A stretch of 64,000 bases of DNA from the human T2T-CHM13v2.0 reference genome, Homo sapiens. Shown here piece after piece: positions 52,091 through 64,000 of the stretch; position 1 is the stretch's first letter, and each line of letters begins with the position of its first letter. Position numbers and translations under genes: made by a program. The stretch lies in NCBI RefSeq assembly GCF_009914755.1, contig NC_060935.1; one strand, given 5' to 3'. Below the pieces are notes generated by a model. It did not search any database. It was not told where the DNA came from and saw only the letters and a program-made list of their open reading frames with translations.

Positions 52091-54821
52091 TAAGAAAGGA
52101 AAGATAGGAAGAAAGGAGGGAAGAGAAAGAAAAAGAAAAAGAAATCCTAGAAAAAAAAAGTGTAAGGAAACTGAGTGATGGGAATTCTTTCAGGATAATT
52201 TCTCTGAATACACCAGTAAGGAAGAAACTGAATCAGGCTATCCTCAGCACTGTAACTCTAGAGGGAAGTACTAGAGGAACATTCCCACCAATGAAAGGAG
52301 CATGGACCGTGGCCAGTTGAGGGGAGCAGAGAGTGCTTTTCCTGTGAACCTTTCTCATGCAATGGGAGTATCAGTGGTCTGGACCCCAGAGATCCCTGGG
52401 AGTGGCCCTCTTCATGCTCATGGTGTCATGTCCAAGATTTTATCTTCATGGCTTTTCTTTGTCTAAACTTTTTGTTTCGTAAGTGTGGTTTCGGACAATG
52501 CAATTGTTAACAATACTCACTTTCCATAGAGCAATGCCTGGCATTGCTTCCTTGAAAAAACAAATGGAATGGTCACCAGAACAGTCACCACTCATGCACA
52601 ATAGGACCTAGAATATAGGCTCTCCTGAAGAATATTCAGGATCATGTGGGCTTTGGGCATAAGAATCTTAGAGAGAGAAGAACAAGTCTTTTTCTAGGAC
52701 TCATGGTTTCCTCCCCACAACTGCTGAGAAGGAGACATTAGGGCAAAAATGTAGATGGAATATAATCCCACTCCTTACATACAGTAACTCTGGCCGCATC
52801 TCTATCTTGCTATGTAGGTGTCTGAGGTAAAGCTCCAAGGACAATGGAAGCATCAAATAAAGTTAGTAGACATGCTAAATGAAGAAAACTATTTCATGAG
52901 TGAATAATTGCTCAAGGAAATGTATATTGCTAAAAGCATGCAGTTTAAACTGTGCAAAATATTCTTATCCTCAGAATTTCTTATAAATAAATAATTCCTC
53001 TCCACTCTCAGATCATGGGAAGGTTGGGAAGAGAAAATGTGATGCTTTTGTTCGAATGCTTGTTTTACCACTTTCTGGCCGCTTCTACTTGGGCAATGTT
53101 AGAGACTCTCAGAACCACAATTTCCTCATCTGAAATATGAGGATAATGAACCTTTCAATACATGGTAGTTGCGAGGATAAAATTCAATTTATTTTTTCAT
53201 TTAACAAACATTAATCTTGACTCTATAATTTACTAAGCCCTATACTACATGTTATAAATGCAGTACAACAAAGAATCATTCCTGCCATCTTAGAGGGAGA
53301 CCAAAATGTAACATATAATTACACCAAGGATTGTATTATCCTGTATTTATATCCTGTATATATCCTGTATGTATTTATCATAATAAATCTTCATTGAGAT
53401 ATTAATGGGTCATGTTATTCTGATTATTACCTGTTATTTCATCTAATCCTAATATTAACCACATGAGAGATATATTATTATAATCCACAATTTACTGATG
53501 TAGAATCTAAGTAATGCATGTTGTGAGTTGAATTGTACCCCTAATGAAGATATGTTGAAGTCCTAACCCCTAGCATCTGTTAATGTAATCTTATTTGGAA
53601 ACAGGGTCTTTGCAGATGTAATAAACTTAAAAGTCACCAGTTAACACAAAGACTGATACATTTCCAGTTCAACCACATCCTGAGAGTATTTACCAAGATC
53701 CCATCAGACTCTGCTGTTGATTTTTCTTTCCTCATGCCAGGAAATTGCCAAATTTTTGCTCCATTTCATACTGATTTCTTCTAGATTGGCAAAAGTCTTC
53801 AGAACAAATGAAGCTGTAAATCCAGGGTTTCTCTCTCTCAGTTTTTACCTGCTCCAAAATTTTGATTTTTCCTTCTTAACTCTTCAGTGCTTTTACAAAT
53901 ATGTTTATGTTTGATTAATTCAAGCAGCTTTTATAGTGATGATTTAGCTGGATAAAAATCTGATTATTGACAAGTATTTTACATGTGTATTCAAATTTAA
54001 TATATTCAATTCAATATATTTCAATTTATTTGAGTTACACACACATACGTGTGAGCACATGCACACACACACACATAATACATTATATATTTCCACAGAC
54101 TTCTGATGTCTATTGCTGTTAAGAATTGCATTGTCTGTCAAATTGCCACTCCTCTATAGGTAATGTACTATTTATCCGGCTCTATTCAGAACTTTTTGTC
54201 TTTGGGGTTTTGGATGTTAGTAAATGAGTCTAGATTTATTTTAAAAGTTATTCTCTTTATGATTAATTAAGCTCCTGAATCTGAAGATAATTCAGCCATT
54301 ATCCCTTTGAATGTTTCTCCTCCTCCCTATTTTCTACATTCTTCTGTGCAAATCCAGTTCCATCTATATTGAACCTTCTTTTTAAATTCTCTTTATCTTT
54401 TAACCTCTATTTCCCATTCCATTCTCTTTCAAATTGTATTGGTTTCAGATTAAGCTCTTCAACTTTAGCTCCATTTTATCAGTTCTCAACTAAGCTATAT
54501 CCATCTTTTATAATTTGTCTTAATGTCAGTGATTACATTTTTTAGATATTCTAGAAGTCATAGGTGTTTTTTAAAAAAAATACCTGGTTTTCCAATAAAT
54601 TAGGACTTCTTTCTCATGCTTTTTTACTCCATCTTTAATTTATTTAACCATTTTAAACATAGCTATGTTATATATAACTTGTGACTGATAATCCTGTTTT
54701 CCAAAATTCTGATATCTAATTCTACTGACTCTTGCTCATGCCGACTTTGTAATTTTGAAATGCTACCTTATGATCAACAAAGCTATTTCTGTTAGATCTC
54801 TTAGGATCACCCTAAATACAC

Positions 54822-55203
54822 TGCTATGGTTTGAATGTTTGGGTCCTCTTCAAAACGTACATTGAAACTCAATCCCTACCTAATACAAAAGTATTAAGAG
54901 GTGTAGCCTTTGGGAGGTGATTAGGGCATGAGAGATATTCCCTCATTAGGATTAGTGCTTTTATAAAAGAGCTAGAGGAAACTAGCTAGGTCGTTTTTGC
55001 CTCCTTTTGCAGTTTCACCATGTTAGAACAGTGTTAAAAGTGTCATCTTAAAAGCAGAGACCAGGCTCCCATCAGACATTGAAATTGCCAGTATCTTGAT
55101 CTTGGACTTCCTACCCATCAGAAGTGTGAGAAAGAAATTGTTATTCTTTGCAGATTACCCAGCCTCAGGTAGTTTGTCATAGCAGCATGAACAATCTAAG
55201 ACA
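54822..55203 (+). mobile_element. MaLR solo LTR (MST/MLT1A-like)
   Basis: tgctatggtttgaatgtt start and ctaagaca end. Confidence 0.8.
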
Positions 55204-56089
55204 GACATTTCATACTAATTTCTCCCCTTGGGATTCCCCAGACCATATATTATAAATATCAAATCATACCTACCTGAGGGATTTTTTTATTCTTTCTAAT
55301 GCCTAGTTCAAGACAGAAATGTGTGTGTGTGTGTGTGTGTGTGCACGTGAATGTGTGAGTGGTTTCTTTTGTCTGCCCCTTCATTAAAAGTACTGATCCC
55401 TGGTACTGTGAGTATCTGGGTGCCTTAATTTTATCTCCTCCCCTTGTGAGTATTCAAATTCTTATTTTCTGTATGTGTATAACCACTAAAATGTGTTTGT
55501 ATTTTAAGCTGTGTTATTATAAAAGAGTCAAAAAGTTAAAATGCAAACCCCTTTGTGTAGAAACTAATAAATGCTCCTATCACAGCCATAAATACAATGT
55601 CTATCAGTCTTATTACATCTCTCATCACTTTTTGATCACTAACTAGCAAATTACTTTCTTGCAAACATAACTGTGCTTTTGAGAGGAGATTTATTATATA
55701 TATATATATATATATACACATATATTTTATTTAACAGCTGGGGAATTTTTTATGCTGCATAGTCTGCCATGAAAAGGAAGTCAGGAATGCTCTTTATATG
55801 GAGGGCAGCACTCATATACTAATGTAATGGACGGAATAAACCTTCAGTGTGAGACATTGGAAAATGTTCTTAAATAATAAATGTTTGCATTTTAAACCCT
55901 TGTTAGCTCTGTTCATGCAATTTTTCTCTCTTTCTCTGGATCAAGCTGGACAGGTAATGAATCTAGATAACTGTATTTTATCTGCCTCAGTTCAAAAAAC
56001 ATGTCCTGACATTATCCAGAGCATTCAATTTATCCTGAAAGTACAATCATGTGGCAAATGACACATGATGGCATTTTAATCAATGACAA

Positions 56090-58090
56090 TGTTATGGGAT
56101 CTTTGGGGTGTCGCTTTTATAGCTAGAAACTTCTGGCCAGTGGTGCCTTTGCCTGAGTTTTGCCTGGGCCCACTCGGCTCGTTCTGTCCATTTGGCCTGG
56201 CAGGTTACACTGAACTCATGCTACCAGCCTGGATCCCACACCTCCAAGGGAGACTGGAGTCAGGCACAGAGCAGTGAGGGGTGGGTGTGAGCGAGCATGG
56301 GGTCTGGCCACTCTGCAGTCAGACATGCCAGCTGCTGCCACGGACAGACAGATTCAGGTGCCAGGATGGGCACCAGCTCTCTATGTGGCTGCAGCTGGAC
56401 TAGGCACACTGCAAGCAGCTTCCCCGGCTGGCACCAGGGAATGTGGTGGTGCCCAGAAGCTTGGAGACACCAGGAACCATAGGGCCCCAAAGAGGGAGTC
56501 ACAGCCCTGGCTCAGGGAGCTCCCAGGTCTGGGCTCCCGAAAGGGCTGTAGCTCTTCTTTTCACCTGCAATGTGGTGAGCAAGGAGCATGTTTCAGCCCT
56601 GTTTCTGTTACAGCAACTCTTTTAGCCTTGCCATTCAGCAGGTCCCGAGATTTTGTCCTGTGACCAGGAAGAATGAAGTATACAGACAAGCGGAGGTTGA
56701 GCAAGATGAAGAGGAGCTTTATTGAGCAATAGAACAGCTCAGAGAAGACCTGAAGTGGGCAGTTCCTTTCTGTAGCCAGGGTGTCCTCACAAGTGTTTAG
56801 CTTCTAGCAGACAGGGTAGCTCCTTTCTGCAGATAGGTCATGCCAACAAATTGTCAATTGTCAGCAGAGAAAGTAGTTCCTCTCTGCACCTGGTCATCCC
56901 AGCAAGTGTTCAGTTATCAGCAGAGGGGGTAGCTCCTCAGCTGGTCATCCTGTTGTCTGCAGCTCTCAGCAGAGAGGAGGCATAGAGTGTGTGGCTCCTC
57001 TCTGCAGGCAGGTCATCCCATTGTCTGCAGTTCTTAGGGGAGAGGGTAGCTCCTCCCTGCAGCTGGTCATCTCATTATCTCTCGATCCTCTTCTCTGCTC
57101 TGGCTGATCCAGGGGCTTTTATGGGCCTTATAGGAGAGGAAGTGTGCATGACTGGTCCATGGGCAGCCGGGGGCAAGCCCAGAAAAGGCACCACAAGTCT
57201 TCACTCCAGTCCATCTGCCTCCTGCCGCCATCCATGGTGCTCAGGCTAATTGCACCAAGGGGCACCTTTAGGCCACTGCCAAGCCACCCTCAGCACCTCC
57301 CTCAGCTTTCCTCCAACACTTGTCAGTGCCCAAAGTCCAGGGCAGCCAAGGTGGCAGGGCCTGAGCATGTGCACACCAGCTGGGCTGTGATAGCACCCAA
57401 GCTCAGCCCCAACTCTGCTCTGAGATCTGAGTAGGTGCTGGGAGTGTGGAGAGGCCATGCAGCAGGAGCAGGCACCTCTGAGCCTGCAAGGGCAGAGGGT
57501 GGCCTTCCTGAGCCCCCAAGAGTGCAGAAAGGCCCGGGTCTACAGCCCCAACTTGGGTGGCTGCATCTGTGCCCAGGGGTGTGGGACTCCTGCCCAAGAG
57601 CACAGGGAGGTCCAGGTCCACAGCTCTGATTTGGGCAGCTGCAGCCATGCCTGGGAGGGTGGGGCTGCTGCCTGCTCCTGGCTCCTATCAGCTCCATGGA
57701 GCATGCAGCCTCAGCCACATCCCCTCACAGCCTGTGGCAGGGGCTCCAGGCCCTTGCTGGGCACAGGCTGGCATTGGAGGCAGGGGTGACATCTCCACAA
57801 GCTCCCGCTGTGATCCTGATGGTCAAGGGCAGCCCAGAACTCCCCCTTGCCCAGCTCGTGGCCCTGCAGGGGGAGGCAATTGTCGGGGGGATCCTCCAGG
57901 AGCAGATCATGGGCCCCAGGCCCAGCTGTTGGGAGTGTCAGGCCTGGCAGTCACCCTGATGTGGGGTGGAATCTGGGGACACTGCCCCAGGTAGCCCTGC
58001 ACAGAGCATCTTCCTGAGGTGCAGGAACCCAGTGCCCTCAGCAGGGTGGGCATGGCACCCTGTGTTTTACTTGGGCCCACTCGGCTGTGC
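56090..58090. mobile_element. MER52-like ERV1 long LTR (GC-rich)
   Basis: Terminus tgttatgggatctttggggtgtcgctttt, internal gtagctcctctctgcagctggtcatcc repeats, ggagctttattgagc; explains the many overlapping spurious ORFs. Confidence 0.7.
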
Positions 58091-58732
58091 AGTCCAGGAA
58101 CCTAGGGATCAACCCACTCTGTCTTCTGCTTCTGGCACATGTGTGCACCATCAGAGAGCCTAATAATGAAACAAAAACCTGAGGCTGATGCCCAAGCACA
58201 CATCTGGGGGTTTGGAAATCATTCTACCCCACTCATCATAGCTTGTGCCCATGTGCACCATCAGAGAGCCTAAAGACAGGCCAGCATTGTCTGCCACCAC
58301 CGGCACCCACCTATATGTGCTACCTGGGGGCCTGAGGACTTGCCTTCCCAGCCTGTCACCAACACTCCCAGCAACCTGTGCATGCCACCTGGAAGCAGAC
58401 GGATGCCCTGCAATCACTGCTACCACTGCCAACACAATGCATGCTACCCAGAGGCCCAAGGATCAGCACAAACACCTGGCCCACCACTGCCACTACCAGT
58501 ACCCAAACAAGCTGCCTGAAGGTTTAAGAATCAGCCCATCTCAACTTGCTAACACCAGAGTCCACGTATGCTGCCTACTGGCCCAAAGACAGGAAAACAC
58601 AGCCCACTACTGCCACCACTGATGCTCAAAGCCCAGCACATCTGACATCATTGTCCCCAGCAAAGCCTGAAGTCTTCAATAACAACCACAGCCTAAGCCA
58701 CTGAGAAAAAAACACAAAAACTAATGACACTA

Positions 58733-59481
58733 TGATATAGTTTGGATCTGTGTCCCCACCCAAATCTCATGTTAAATTGTAATCCTTAATGTTGAAGGTA
58801 GGGCCTGGTGGGAGACGATTGACTCACGGGGGTGCTTTCCAAGAATGGTTTAACACCATCCTCCGGGTGCTGCTCTCATAATAGTCAATAGTTATCATAA
58901 GATCTGTTTGTTTAAAAGTATGTAGCACCTTCTCCCTCTTTCTTGGTCATGCTCCTTCCATGTAAGATACCTGCTCCTTCTTTGCCTTCCTCCATAAGTA
59001 AAAGCTCCCTGAGTCCTCACCAGAAGCAGATGCTGTTATGCTTCCTGTACAGCCTGTGTAACTATGAGCTAATTGGTACCAAAGAGTGAGGCATTTTGAT
59101 AAAGATACCTGAAAATGTGGAAGCAACTTTGGAACCGGGTAATGGACAGATGCTGGAAGAATGTGGAGGGCTCAGAAGACAAGAAGATGAGGGAAAGTTT
59201 GGACCTTCCTAGAGATTTGTTAAATTTTTGTGAGCAAAATACTGAAAGTACTATGGATAATGAAGTCCAGGCTGAGGAGGTCTCAGATGGAAAAGAGGAA
59301 TTTATTGGGAACTGGAGTAAAGGTCACCTTTGTTACACCTTGGCAAAGAGCTTTGTTGGATTGTGCCCCTGTCCAGGAATCTGTGGAACTTTGATCTTGA
59401 GAGAGATGACTTAGGGTATGTGGCAGAAAAAATTTCTAAGCAACAAAGCATTCAAGATGCAGCCTATGCTCATATTCATGG

Positions 59482-59516
<35 letters not shown>

Positions 59517-60898
59517 ACCTGAAACTGGAACTTATATCTAAAAGGGAAGCAGAGCATAAAAGTTTGAAAAATTTGCAGCCTGGCCATGTGGTAGAAAAGG
59601 AAAGCCCATTTTCAGGGAGGCATTCAAGCAGGCTGCAGAAATATGCATAAGTAAAAAGAAACCAAGTGCTAATACCCAAGACAATGGGGAAAAAAAATCT
59701 CAAAGGCATTTCAGAGACCTTCACAGTAGCCCCTTCCATCACAAGTCCAGAAGCCTAGGAGGGAAGAATGGTTTTGTGAGCCAGGCTCAGGGCCCTGCTG
59801 CCCTGCACAGCCTGGGGACACTGCTGTCTGCATCCCAGCTGCTCTAGCTCCATCCCTGGTTCAAAGTGGCTGAGGTAAGGTATAGCTCAGGCCACTGCTT
59901 CAGAGAGTGCAATATGGGGTTGGAGCCTCGCACAGTTCCCACTGGGACACTGCCTAGTGGAGCTGTAAGAACAGGGCCACCATCCTCCAGATTCTGGTAT
60001 TCTAGGGCTGCCAGCAGCTTGCATCCTGTGCCTGGAAAAGCCATAGGAACTCAATGCCAGCCTGTGAGAACAGTGGGGGCTGAACCCTCCAAAGCCACAG
60101 GGGCAGAGCTGTCCAAGGCCTTGGGAGCCCACCTCTTGCATCAGTGTGCCCTGGATGTGGAACATGGAGTCAAAGGAGATTATTCTGGAGCTTTAAGACT
60201 TAATGACTTCCTTGCTGGGTTTCAGACTTCCATGGGGCCTGTAGCACTTTTCCTTTGGCCAATTTCCTACTGCCTGTACCCCCGTTGTATGATGGAAGTA
60301 ACTTGTTTTTGATTTTACAGGTTCATAGGTGGAAGGGACTAGGCTCGTCTTAAATGTGACTTTGGACTTTGGACTTTCAAGTTAATGTTGGAATGAGTAA
60401 AGACTTTGGGGGACTGTTGGGAAGGCATAATTGTATTTTGCCATGTGAGAAGGACATGAGATTTGCAAGGGGCCAGGGATGGAATGCTATGGTGTGGATT
60501 TGTGTCCCCGCCCAAATCTCATGTCGAATTGTAATCTCCAATGTTGGAGATGGGACCTAGTGAGAGGTGACTGAATTATGAGGGTGGTTTCTCATGAATG
60601 GTTTAACACCATCCCCCTGGGTGCTGTTCTCATGATAGTAAATATTATCATGAGATATGGTTGTTTAAAAGTGTGTAGCAACTCCCCACTCTCTCTCGGT
60701 CCTGCTCTTGCTATGTAAGATGGCTGCTTCTGTTTTGCCTTCCTCCATGAGTAAAATCTCCCTGAAGCCTCACCAGAAGCAGAGGTTGCCATGCTTCCTG
60801 TACAGCCTGTGGAACCATGAGCCAATTAAATGTCTTTTTTAAATAAATTACGCAGTCTTAGGTATTTCTTTCTAGCAGTGTAAGAATGGACTAATACT
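58733..60898 (+). mobile_element. MSTA-like MaLR provirus: 5' LTR (58733-59073, 3'-deleted), internal region, 3' LTR (60485-60898)
   Basis: Two related LTRs starting tg(a/c)ta..gt.tggat.tgtgtcccc; MaLR-int sequence (aatgtggaagcaactttggaac); 5-bp TSD cacta / cactg. Confidence 0.88.
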
Positions 60899-61500
60899 CA
60901 CTGATTACAACTGAAGAACTCCTAGGGAGACTACACTACTGCAAGCACCCAAAATCAAAGCTAAAGTGCCCTACCCAACTAACACTATAGTTACATGCAC
61001 ACACACAAAAATTCTTTCCTTACAAAAGTGAATCTTAAAAAAAATGAAAAAAAGAGACTGTTACACCAAATGTGCAGATACCAATGTAAGGAAGCAAGAA
61101 GTGTGAAAAAGCAAGAAAACATGACATCTCCAAAGTAACACAGTGATTCTACAGCAACAGATTCCAATGAAAAAGAAATTTATGAAATGCCTGAAAAAGA
61201 ATTTCAAATAATATTATTAAAGAAGTTCAGTGAGATACAAGAGAACACAGATAAATAATACCAAAAAAAACCCCAGAAAATCAATTCAGAATCTAAATGA
61301 GAAATTCAACAAAGAGATATCATTAAAAAAAAAAAGAAAAGAAACAGAAAACTTGGAACTGAATAATTCAGTGAAAGAAATAAAAAACACAATAGAGTTT
61401 CAACAATAGACTAGGTTAAGCAGAAGAAATAACTTCAGAACTTGAAGACAGGCTTTTGAAAATAATTCAGTCAGACCAAAAAAAATAATAATAATTTTTA

Positions 61501-61617
61501 GTCTATGGCCATACCACCCTGAATGCATCCAATTTCATTGGATCTTGGAAGCTAAGCAGGGTCAGGCCTGGTTAGTACTTGGATGAGAGACCTCCTGGGA
61601 ATATTGGGTGCTGTAGG
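61501..61617 (+). pseudogene. 5S rRNA retropseudogene
   Basis: gtctatggccataccaccctgaa...ggaagctaagcagggtc...ggttagtacttggatg...gggtgctgtagg matches 5S rRNA over its length with CpG decay; followed by A10. Confidence 0.93.
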
Positions 61618-62530
61618 AAAAAAAAAATTCTGAAAGATGAAGAAACCCTTTGTGATAAATGTGACACCATTAAATGGTCAAATATTCAAATTTTAGGTGT
61701 TCTAGAAAGAGAAGAGAGAAGAGATAAGCAAATGCAAATAAAACCTATTTAACAAAGTAATTGCTGAAAACTCTCCAAGTTTCACAAAAGATTTAGATAT
61801 CTAGATACAGGAAGCTCAAATATTCTCAAATAAATAAAAGCCAAAAAGGTATTCTCCAAGATATATTATAGTTAAACTACTAAAAGTTTAAAACGAAGAA
61901 AGAATTCTAAAAATAGCAAGAGAAAAGCATTAAGTCACATCTAAGGGGGCATCTGTCAGATTAAGGGTAGATTTCTCAGCAGAAACCTTACAGGTCAGGA
62001 GAGAATAGAATGCTATGTTCAAAATGCTGAAAGAAAAATACTGCTAACCAAGAAACCACCCTCATAATTCAATCGCCTCTCACTAGGTCCCACCTCCAAC
62101 ACTGGAGATTACAATTCGACATGAGATTTGGGTGGGGACACAAATCCAAAAAAGGAGGAAAGGATATACAAAACAACTAGGAAACAGTTAACAAAATGGC
62201 AGGAATAAGTTCTCATCTGTCAGTAATAACTTTTAATGTAAACAAATTAAATTTCCACTTAAAAGATGTAGACTGGCTGATAAGATTTTTTAATCACCCA
62301 ACTATGGGCTTCCTACAAGAAACTCACTTCACCTATACAATAAATATAGACTGAAAGTGGAGAGATAGAAAAAGATATTTCATGCAAATTGAAACCAAAG
62401 GTGGACGGGAGTAACTATACTTATGTCAGATTAAACAGATTTTAAGTCATAAATATTATAGTAAAAAGAGACAGAGAAGGTCATTATATGATGACAAAGG
62501 GATCAATTCAGCAAGCAAATATAACAATTA

Positions 62531-62563
<33 letters not shown>

Positions 62564-63896
62564 GCACTCAACACTGTAGCACCCAGATATATAAAGTAAT
62601 TATTATTAGGTTGAAAGGGAGGGATACACACCAATACAATAATAGGCAGAGACGCCAACGCCCAACTCTCAGCATTAGGCAGATTATCTAGACAGAAAGT
62701 CAACAAAGAAAAATTGAGTTCAAATGCACTTTAGACTAAATTGAAATAACACAAAACATTTTATCCGACAGCTGTAGAATATACATTCATCTCATCAGCA
62801 CAAAGAACATTGTCCAAAATAGAATATGTATTGGGCAACAAAACAAATCTCAACAAATTTTTTAAATCTTCTCAGATCACAGTAGAATAAAACTAAAACT
62901 TTGGAAACTGTACAAATAAATGGAAATTAAACAAGCTCCTAAATGATCATTGAGTTAATGAAGAAATTGAGAATAAAATTTTTAAAATTATTGAAACAAA
63001 TAAAAATGAAAACACAATATACCAAAAACTATGGAATACAGCAAAAGCAGTGCTAGGAGAAAAGTTTATAGCAGTAAATGCCTATATCAAAAAAGTAGAA
63101 AGATTTCATGTAAACAACCTAATAATGCACCTCAAGAAATTAGAGTAGCAAAAACATGCAAAATCCAAAATTTGTAAAAGAAAACAATAAAAATCAGAAT
63201 AGAACTTTAAAAAGCCTCAAAAAGACAAAAAATAAAGTGAAAATTTGATTTTTTGAAAAGATAAACAAATTGATAAACCTCTAGCTAGACTAATCAAAAG
63301 AAAAAGAGAGAAGATGCAAATAAAATCAGAAACAAAAAAGAAGATATTACAACTGATACCATAGAAATACAAAATATTATCAGTGACTATTGGGAACTAT
63401 ATACTAACAAACTAGAAAACCTAGAGGAAATGGACAAATTCCTGGACATATACAACCTAATGAGATTGAACAAGGAAGAAATAGAAAACCTGAAAATACC
63501 ACTAGTGAGTAATGAGATTGAATCAGTAATAAAAAGCCTGCCAACAAAAAAAAGCACAGGGACACAAAGTTTTACTGCCTTATACTACCAAATTTGTAAA
63601 GAAGAAATAACACCAATTCTTCTAAAACTACTCCAAAAAATTAAAGAGGAGGGAATTATTCCTAACTCATTCCTCAAGGCTACTACTACCTTGACACCAA
63701 AAACAACAACACGACAGAAAAAAAAAAACTACAAGCCAATATTCTTGATGAACATAGATATAAAAATCCTCTGCAAAATACTAGCAAATCAAATCCACCA
63801 ACCCATCAAAAAGATAATACATCATAACCAAGTGGGATTTATCCCAGGAATGCAAAAATGGTTCAACGCATGCAAATCAATAAATGTGATACATCA

Positions 63897-64000
63897 TGTA
63901 TTAGTCCGTTTTCTCATGCTGCTGATAAAGACTTATCTGAAACTGGGCAATTTACAAAAGAAATAGGTTTAATTGGACTTACAGTTCCACATGGCTGGGG
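63897..64000 (-). mobile_element. THE1-like MaLR LTR (runs off window)
   Basis: tgtattagtccgttttctcatgctgctgataaagac...cagttccacatggctgggg. Confidence 0.85.

Larger units (their letters stand above)
58090..63896 (+). mobile_element. Old L1 (5' UTR, ORF1, part of ORF2) interrupted by MSTA, a 5S retrocopy and THE1
   Basis: ORF1-like DNA 61100-62050; ORF2 peptide [21 protein letters not shown]...[23 protein letters not shown]...[16 protein letters not shown]. Confidence 0.85.

Noticed and set aside
56083-58622. Dense ORFs on both strands
   Set aside because: GC-rich LTR and L1 5' UTR sequence poor in stop codons; no protein motifs.
63430-63966. 178-aa reverse-transcriptase-like ORF
   Set aside because: Decayed L1 ORF2 piece that runs into a THE1 LTR.

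Overview
Human genomic DNA (an AluYb8 and an SVA are present) from the class I olfactory receptor cluster; the proteins match my recollection of OR56A5, OR52L1 and OR56A4 at 11p15.4. All three receptors are intact single-exon CDSs on the minus strand. They sit among dense repeats: L1s of several ages, SVA, six Alus, MaLR/ERV LTRs, MER75, MER33 and Tigger3, plus a processed KRT18 pseudogene and a 5S rRNA retrocopy. The most unusual signal lies in the apparently unique DNA between the receptors. Up to six ~1 kb segments translate, with stops and frameshifts, into collinear motifs resembling the N-terminal region of GVIN1/VLIG very large interferon-inducible GTPases. One lies 3-5 kb upstream of each OR, and four form two head-to-head pairs. 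This match is by eye against a remembered protein and needs a search to confirm. Other notable structures are an L1 with a twin-priming inversion plus a ~100 bp 3' transduction, a locally templated inverted LTR copy filling an L1 deletion, and mosaic near-identity between OR56A5 and OR56A4 that suggests gene conversion.
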